Assembly (NCBI RefSeq): GCF_006345805.1
Contig: NC_043000.1
Location: 90,396,001 to 90,460,000, forward strand
Direction of reading: 5' to 3'
DNA: 64,000 bases
From: Octopus sinensis
Lineage: Eukaryota
The position numbers were made by a program, and so were the translations under genes. The notes beneath the pieces are model-generated. The model ran no database searches, was not told where the DNA came from, and saw only the letters and a list, made by a program, of their open reading frames with translations. Positions 55,125-64,000 of the stretch are shown here, piece by piece. Numbering within the stretch: position 1 is the first letter of the stretch; each line of letters begins with the position of its first letter.

Positions 55125-55800
55125 AATAAATGGAGTTGAACGCAGATGTTATTCAAATTCTTTTACTTACGATCTTACAAATGTAAGCACTGACAGAAAC
55201 ACACATTTAGCTCATATATGTGATTTATACTAGTCTGTATAGTTTGGACATTTAGTTCACCTTGCACTTTACTTCAATAGAGAAATGTACTCCCAGGCCT
55301 TTGAACATTTTTTCAACCAACATATCCCTCTATATTTCTCCTTTATTTGTTCTCTACTTATTATTTCTTTACCCCTTCTCTTTCTATGGTCTACCTTTGA
55401 CGTCAGATCTACAAACGGTTATTTTTTAAAATACTTAATTGCGTTCTGCTTATCATTTATGCAGTCATCAAAATTGTTATAATGTCTTGTTGTTGAGATG
55501 GGTTTTCTTTCTTTTCTGATGAAAAGATTACATTATTTTACACCGTTTATTCCTTTGGAATAATACCAATGTTATCTTCGAAACATATGTCGAAAGTAAA
55601 AGAATTTGAATAACATCTGCGTTCAACTCCATTTATTTAGTTATAGTATACAAATTACTGCACATTAACCCGGAGTTTCTACCTTTGAATAGGTCACTAC
55701 ATCCTTGTTACTTGCATGAATTTTACTACCCTGGTAACTGTTTATTGAATTTTCCGCGTGTTAACTGTAAACAAAGGATAATTCATTCATCCGTTTAACT
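55121..55800 (+). mobile_element. Non-autonomous PLE-like insert in a TA tract, with a 45-bp inverted 5' end and a 3' tail
   Basis: 55124-55168 is the reverse complement of 55594-55638; carries an HHR; TA tracts on both sides. Confidence 0.7.
55511..55596 (+). ncRNA. Type-I hammerhead ribozyme with long stem II
   Basis: cuuuu CUGAUGA [aagau.acauu...uauucc uuu ggaaua..aaugu.aucuu] c GAAAC AUAU GUC gaaag. Confidence 0.7.
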
Positions 55801-55819
55801 ATATATATATATAATATAT

Positions 55820-55882
<63 letters not shown>

Positions 55883-56094
55883 GCTTTTATGTATATAAGT
55901 ATGTATGTATGAATGTATGAATGCATATGTAAATGAGATTACAAAGGAATAAGTAATTATCTAACGAACTTCATTAGGTAATTGTTTATTCGTTTGTAAT
56001 CTCACTTTCCTACTACTGGCCTGAACTCAACGAAAGCTTCGTTCTGAAACATTGTAGATTGAGTTCTACACCAAGTTATTACTATCTCAATGCC

Positions 56095-56131
<37 letters not shown>

Positions 56132-56184
56132 ATATATATATAAATATACATATATATACAGTATATATATATATATACATAAAT

Positions 56185-56380
56185 ACATCCAGATTACAAG
56201 TTCAGGTTTATACCTGTAATTATTGGGGCCTTGGGATATGTAACACTGCCTAAAAACTAATCTTGAGAAATTAGGCTTCTCAAAACCAGAAAGGAGAAAG
56301 CTAATTAGAAGACTACAGTTCCAATCCATCACTGGAACTGTAAAAATTTGTAAAACTTTCCAGAAGTTTATCATCTAAAT
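56185..56380 (+). pseudogene. RLE-clade LINE 3' end (restriction-like endonuclease C-terminus)
   Basis: YPDYKFRFIPVIIGALGYV..LKTNLEKLGFSK..LIRRLQFQSITGTVKICKTF. Confidence 0.7.
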
Positions 56381-56774
56381 ATGTATGAGCGTGTCCAGAT
56401 ACGGAACTATATGCATGAGAATACATACATAAAGTAAAACATACCTACCTACCTACCTACCTACCTACATATATACATTCATACATACATACCTACGCAC
56501 CTACCCACACTACCCTCTGTCTCTCGGAATCGAGTAAGAGAAGGGTCTAAAAACGAGCGTCCCATCGCGAACCCACCAATCTTCACATCACTGACCCGTA
56601 GACAAGGCACAACAAGATATATACTATTAAATAAATATCTTAGCTTTCAGCTATATGTATTGTGAACAAGTTGTTACTGATTATAGGAGAAGACGGAATG
56701 TAATAGAAATATAGTCAAATACTTATTAACATGATGTTGGTAGATTGAACAGATATTATCTTTTACCTTTCATT

Positions 56775-57190
56775 TTTTTACTTGTTTTAGTCATTGGACA
56801 GCGGCCATGCTGGGGTACCACCTTGACGGGTTTAGTTGAAGAAATCGACCCTAGTGCTTATTTTTCATTCAATTTCTTTTGACGAACCGCCAAGTTATGG
56901 GGATATAAACAAACCAACACCGGTTGACCAGTGTTAGTGTGGGGAAAATACAGAACAGAGACAAACGAACATACACATACACACACATACATACACACAC
57001 TCGCACGCGCGCGAGGCATAAATTTAGATATACGACGAGCTTCTTTCAGTTTCCATCAACCAATCCACTCACAAGGCTTTTGTCAGTCCGTGGCTATAGT
57101 GGAAGACACTTGCTCAAGGTGCCATGCAGTGGGACTGAACTCAAAACCACATGGTAGGGAAGCAAGCTTATTAACCACACAACCACTTCC
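56775..57190 (-). mobile_element. SINE family A
   Basis: Matches family A. Confidence 0.75.
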
Positions 57191-57779
57191 GTTGAAATAT
57201 AGACAACATGTGTCGACAAATGTATTGTCGGTGTTTATCTCTTCCCTAGGGTCAAACCTTATTGATCAGACCTATGAGAAAAGACATTCCAGTCACGACA
57301 ACTCCGTCCTTCACTCAGATATTGCATAAATTAAAATCTGTATCGAGTCTTGAAGCCCAAATAGTCGGATATTATCCCTGTCTCTGAGGAGATTAAGCGA
57401 CTGAGATAATATGACTCCCTTTTGAATGAGACGGCAGTTTGTTGAAGGGGTAACCTCCACCCCACTTCCTGCTGCTGCCGCTGCTGCCGCTGCTGCTACA
57501 TATGCGTTGTTGAATAGACTGGAACGATGTGAACTGAAGTGTGTTGCTGAAGGACACGATGTACTGCTTGATCTGGGAATCAAACCCACGACTCTGTAAT
57601 CATAAAATCCAATACCTTAACCACAGGTGGTGCATATTATACCTTAATAATGACTAAATATGTAAGGCGGTGTGCTGGCAGAATGCCTAGCGGCATTTCA
57701 TCAATCTTTAGGTTTTGAGTTCAAATTCTGCCGAGACTGACTTTGTCTTTCATCTTTTCGCACACATTTTAATTGCTCC

Positions 57780-58215
<436 letters not shown>

Positions 58216-58456
58216 AAGTGAGAGAGAGAAAGAGCGAATAAAAGAGAAAGTGAAAGTTAACGTAAGAGTTGGTACAAGATAAGTGTCTTATAACTTTATG
58301 AAAATATATACATTTGTTACGAAATATCGCAGAGATAGGCTTTCAACGGAATAGATTGCAATTATGTTGACAAAATTTGGAAAAATTGCAACGCATTTAT
58401 TGAAAATATAAAACGAGAAATTTGTTTCATTTAATTTCACTTTAAGGTAATAAATA

Positions 58457-58795
58457 TTTATTTCTTTATTACCCACAGGGGGATAAACATAAAGGGGACA
58501 AACAAAGGGATTAAGTCGATTACATCGACTCTAGTGCGTAACTGGTACTTATTTAATCGACCCCGAAAAAGGTTGAAAGGCAAAGTCAACCTCGGCGGAA
58601 TTTGAACTGAAAACATAGCGGCAGACGAAATACCTATTTCTTTACTACCCACAAGGGGCTAAACACAGAAGGGACAAACAAGGACAAACGAACGGATTGA
58701 GTCGATTACATCGTCCCCAGTGCGTAATTGGTGCTTAATTTATCAACCGCGAAAGGATGAAAGGCAAAGTCGACCTCGGTGGAATTTGAACTCAG
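58457..58795 (-). mobile_element. Head-to-tail dimer of SINE family B
   Basis: Junction gacgaaatac|ctatttc at ~58634. Confidence 0.85.
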
Positions 58796-59639
58796 CATTT
58801 TTTTCACCATTTTGTATAAGCACCAAGAATTTTGATAAAAGTTAAACGATAATTATTTTATGTTTGGTATATTCCCTAATATTACTAATGGTAGTAAAAA
58901 TATATCTGCGATGGACTGGCGTCCCGTCCAGCTGGGGGAAACACATACGCTATAGAAACTGGGAAATCGGGCCCATGAGCCTGGCTAGGCTTGAAAAGAG
59001 CGAAAGTGAAAGTGAAGTAAAAATATATTTAGCGAGAATGTTCAGCAGTTAGATCACTACACTCGATATCATGATTCGCATGAATGTTACCCACGTGATA
59101 AAAAAAAAATCTAACTTCGTGTGGAATAGGCTCCAACAACGACTTTTGGTGCGTTTCTTTCTGAGCCTAATCATCACTATAAATTCGGCACACCTTGACT
59201 ACTTGATAGTGAGAACTTTGGGATACAGCAAAGAGAACATTGAGACACAGCAGAGATGAGACTGCAGACGGGCGGCGAACCGACGCGGACAGCTGCTAAC
59301 TCGAGATATCAACAACCACGACGAACGATCGGCGACAGCAACACGACGACCAGTAGCTAACTTTTTGACTACTATTACAATCACACCAAGAACAATAACG
59401 TTGAAACTCTATCGACATTTTCTTGTTCGTAGTAATGACAATATTTGTTTTTTTTTTTTTGGTGTGTGTATGAAAAGAATAAAATCTTCTTTGTCAGAAA
59501 TTTCAACAGATTTAGTGTTCATCTTCGTAAATATACTTTCAAAATTTCCAGTAATTTGACAGGTAACACTCCCGTACATTCAATAATGACAAAACACGGA
59601 AATATGTCACACAGAAAAACAATTTTCTACAAATATTGA

Positions 59640-59822
59640 TTTCAAGTTTTCGCACAAGGCCAGCAGGTTTGGGGGGAGGGAGGAATCCGATTACATCGAC
59701 CCCAGTGCTCAACTGGTACCTATTTTATCAACTCCAAGCGGATTAAAGGCACAGCTGACCGTAGCGGAATTTGAAGTCAGAACGTAAAGACGGCCGAAAT
59801 GCCGCTAAACATTTTGCCTGGA
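59640..59822 (-). mobile_element. SINE family B
   Basis: Matches the family B body and older tail. Confidence 0.7.
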
Positions 59823-60507
59823 ATATTTCCTACAAATATTGGTCGATATTCATAACACGGTATAAAAAATTGTAGCAGAAAGATATAGGCAACTGAATCA
59901 GCCCCCAATATATGCCTGGTATTAATAATATCAAACCCCACCCATTCTTTCAGGGTAGAAAAATTCAACAGTTCATAATTAGCCTGATTTGACTAAGAAG
60001 CTGATGAGAATAAAATACCGTAAAAAATAAATTTGTTGTGCTTCAGGGTTGGGTGTATTCAGGAATCTATCATTTCTGCAACTCCAATGAATTCTACCAT
60101 TTTATATACTGAATTTTTTTCATCCAATATTCACCAAGCTATCACTTCAAAATTTTTCTTTCTGTTGCTAAATTATTCCTGTTGTTGAGATAATACAGCC
60201 TTAGAAATTAGGAGAGTGCAAACTAATTGCTTATAGCTTGGCCCCTTAGGGATCACCTGGGGTCCTATTTCTTGGTGAAAGATAAACCTTCCAATCTAAA
60301 AAGGCATTGATTAAATTTTCACTTCAATTCTTTTAATGAATGGCCGGGCAAATTTTCCCTCCCCAAACTATATATTGTCTAGTGCATTGCAGTTTAAGTG
60401 TCCGTGGGTGAGTACATTCATTCATACATACATACATACATACATACATACATACATACAGATATACAGATATGTATATAAATATATATGTATGTATATA
60501 TATGTAG

Positions 60508-60538
<31 letters not shown>

Positions 60539-60578
60539 CACATCTGTATATGTATATATAGGTACATAGGTACGCACA

Positions 60579-60661
<83 letters not shown>

Positions 60662-60694
60662 AGATACTTATATATATATATACTTATGTATATA

Positions 60695-60741
<47 letters not shown>

Positions 60742-60785
60742 ATATATATATATATATATACATACATATATCTATATGTATATCT

Positions 60786-60910
<125 letters not shown>

Positions 60911-61310
60911 TATATATACTCATTTATACATATATTTGCATACACACATACATATATATTTAAACTCTTTCACATATAACTATACACATGTATGTATGTA
61001 GATACACACACGCATACACATGTACATATACGCATATGCGGCTATGTATGATATATGCAAGCACACACCGAATATATCTTTTAAGAAAAACTTTTTACTG
61101 CCGTTCCTATTGTATGATTTACAATTGTTATAGTGGAAATATATCGATGGTCTTTTTGTTGTTGTTCTCGTTGTTCGCTTTGGAGGGGAGGGGGAGTGGT
61201 TTTTCTGTAAATAGTCTGAAATTTTTGAAAACAAAGAGAATATTTTTTAAGCCCTCAAAACATATACTGTCATTCACGCGTATAAAATTGACATATTGGA
61301 AATATATCTC

Positions 61311-61380
<70 letters not shown>

Positions 61381-61576
61381 GTATGTGTGTGTATACATAT
61401 ATATATATGTGTATATGTATACATACATATATATATATATATATACACACGAGTGAGTATATATATTCATAAAATATAGATGCACACACACACACATATA
61501 TAATATACACACACACATATTATGTTACCCATTTTTATGTATTCAAATATCTGTATCTCTTACACCTCGCTCAAAA

Positions 61577-61629
<53 letters not shown>

Positions 61630-61642
61630 ATCTATCTATCTA

Positions 61643-61709
<67 letters not shown>

Positions 61710-62067
61710 GTCTACCTATATGTATGTATATACAAATGAGAAGTATACGATGCGGTTTCAGAGAATCATACATCTATCACAAAAAGCTTCTCTTACAGAC
61801 TCGGCTATCAGACTGCATAGCAATCAAATACAAAGAAGTGTAATGTAGAGTGTCCATGTTATTGAAAATCCAGAGAGTCCGAGAGATGGAATTATTTCGA
61901 AAGCAGTGTGTATAAATATGAAGCCAGAAGATGCAAGAGTTGAATATAATTATTTAACCACATGACTGCCATAGGATTTGCAGTGGACGTTTCTGTATAC
62001 GTGTGTCTATGCTTTTTGTTTTACTACATTTCAATCTTCTAAAGCATGTTGAGATGCGGTTGATGTA

Positions 62068-62895
62068 CAGGGTGGGGCAGAGAAGACGGATGTTTTTGAA
62101 ATTGCTATTACTCAGTGGGAGGGACGTATGTCTGACTGGTACCATTCGGTCTTGGTGTCTCACCACGGCGCTGTGGACGATAGAGCATCGCGTGTTTGCC
62201 TACGACTGTTACGACAGTTCAGCGTGAGTTTCGGCGTCACTTCAACATTCACCGAAATCAGGTTGTTCTCACTCGTAACGTTGGGTGAATGTACTCTGTA
62301 CACGAGATACACTAATGAATAGGAGACTGGTGGGGGTGCCACGAACGGTACAGACCCCAGAAAATGTGGAACGCGCCAAACAAGTGTTGATATGGAGTCC
62401 AAATCGCTCTACTCGGATGCATTTCACTGAACTTGGCATCGGTAATCGATCGATAAGGTGTATTTTGTATGAAGGCCTGTATTTCCACCCGTACAAATTG
62501 GTCATTGGGCAACAGTTGAAACCATGGGACTGTGCACAGCGGCTTAACTTCCTCCGTGAGATGGAAGCAGTTTTTGAGGCAAATGTCAACCTCATTTTGT
62601 TAACGAGTGATGAAGCTCATTTTTATCTCAATGGTATGGTGAACAAACAGAAGTGTCGTTATTGGGCTCTTGAAAATCCAAGAGAACTGCACGAAAGACT
62701 ACTGTACAACACAAAAGTGACGGTCTGGTGTGCTGTTGGAAAAGCTGCCGTCCCTAGTCCTTACTTTTTTGAAGAAAATAATGGAAATGCTGTTACTGTG
62801 AATTCCGAGCGTTACATCGAGATGATAAACAACTTCTTTGTGTCTGAATTACGACGAAAACGTATGTTTATTCGACGTGTGTGGTTTCAGCAGGA
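62068..62895 (+). mobile_element. Tc1/mariner transposon, rosa/DD41D-like, 3'-truncated
   Basis: TA|CAGGGTG left end; TSDEAHFYLNGMVNKQKCRYWALENP..KVTVWC..PYFF..VNSERY..WFQQD, then a TA tract. The third D is missing, so the family call rests on motif similarity. Confidence 0.8.
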
Positions 62896-63281
62896 TATAT
62901 ATATATATAATGAAGAAATAAATAGGATAATTATTCTCCTTATACAGCACAACTAACTAGCGCTCTAATAGAGCCCCAGCAATATAAACCAAGAAAGAGA
63001 GAACAAATTTCAAAGGTCAGTGTTCATATTCACTCAATATATTTCAAAGCGTCGGAATATTCCACAGCATATATAGGTGCGTTCATATACACAAGATATA
63101 ATATAAAAATGTATACATATATAAGTATATAAATACAAAAATGTACTTGCGACGTTGTATGTCCGTATTAAAATCAGTGACGATACTAAACTATGCTGAT
63201 GGTGAATGTATAGCGGTAATCCAAATAGATGAGAAAGTTGGTATAAAAGGATTTTGAAAGGAATCTTGAGCTGGTGCAAAG

Positions 63282-63368
63282 ACTGAGGGCCGTTTCGAGA
63301 AGATATAGGTTGGTATGGGCGAGTTGATTCCAACCAATAACAATCATCTATATTTCTCTAATCAGAGT
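63282..63368 (-). ncRNA. Degenerate long-stem-II hammerhead motif in a TA-flanked insert (~62910-63600)
   Basis: acu CUGAUUA [gagaaauauag..gguugg..ccaacc uauaucuucuc] GAAAC GGCC cUC agu; two substitutions in the core and stem III. Confidence 0.5.
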
Positions 63369-63596
63369 TAATCTAAAGGATTTATAAAAGAGTTACTTAA
63401 ATCTTAAAGCTTTTAGCAACATGAGAAATTTAAGAAGTTTTAAAAATCAAATGCTGTGTTGGAACATACTGTTCAGGTGGATGATATAATAAGAGCTAAA
63501 ATTACATGTTTAAATAAATTATGAAGCTATAGATAAGTGTTTTAAGATGAATCCAAATACATAAAGGTTAACTTGGCTAAAACCATATAAACTGAT

Positions 63597-63629
<33 letters not shown>

Positions 63630-64000
63630 TATATATAGGAATAAAAGTAGTTGAAAACGCACTGAGTTAAAATATTTTTTATTATTATAGTTAAAGATTT
63701 AGATGGTTTCACAGTTTACACTGATTTTCAAAAATTTGAAATAGAAAGATGTAGCCTATGTGGCAGCTGTTTTGCTTCTGGCTAGTGTTTGAATCTTGCC
63801 TTATTTTTATAGGGGGTTCATGGCTCAAACTAGTATATGTTTTGAATAGGGTTTGATTATATTTGGAGTGCCTTGATTGTAACGAGACATGCTCACTCAA
63901 CCGTGTCGGCCTTCATTTTAGGCGCAAAATATACTACCACGTGACACTAACGCACGGATGTAGCGGGAAACGTACACAAGGTTCTAAACTTAAGTGTTTG

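Noticed and set aside
59990-60330. Possible decayed PLE N-terminal coding fragment on the minus strand (..IPKGPSYKQ..)
   Set aside because: Too degenerate to support without a profile search.

Overview
AT-rich eukaryotic (animal) DNA with very high microsatellite content. The repeat landscape (tRNA-derived SINEs with internal CA/TA tracts, (TA)n/(TACA)n/(TAA)n arrays) resembles an octopus/coleoid cephalopod genome, which is an inference. No intact host protein-coding gene is visible, and almost all ORFs in the track are microsatellite artefacts. Identifiable content is mobile DNA: three Tc1/mariner transposons (DD37D, Tc1-like, DD41D-like), R4/Dong-, CR1- and RTE-type LINE fragments, non-autonomous Helitrons, hAT-type MITEs, three SINE families, and a Neptune-type Penelope-like element (PLE; RT thumb + GIY-YIG) inside an ~8.3 kb inverted repeat. 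The most striking hidden layer is about 15 type-I hammerhead ribozyme (HHR) motifs or half-motifs. Nearly all lie in small inserts in or next to (TA)n-type tracts, several with PLE-like inverted ends. They include a 360-bp tandem retrozyme-like unit, HHRs with very long stem II, and variant catalytic cores (G3:C8, U3:A8, U4C, A6U). A second notable pattern is a SINE subfamily whose 3' tail is fused to the head of another copy of the family at only two fixed positions. All structures were read by eye, so coordinates are approximate to a few bases.
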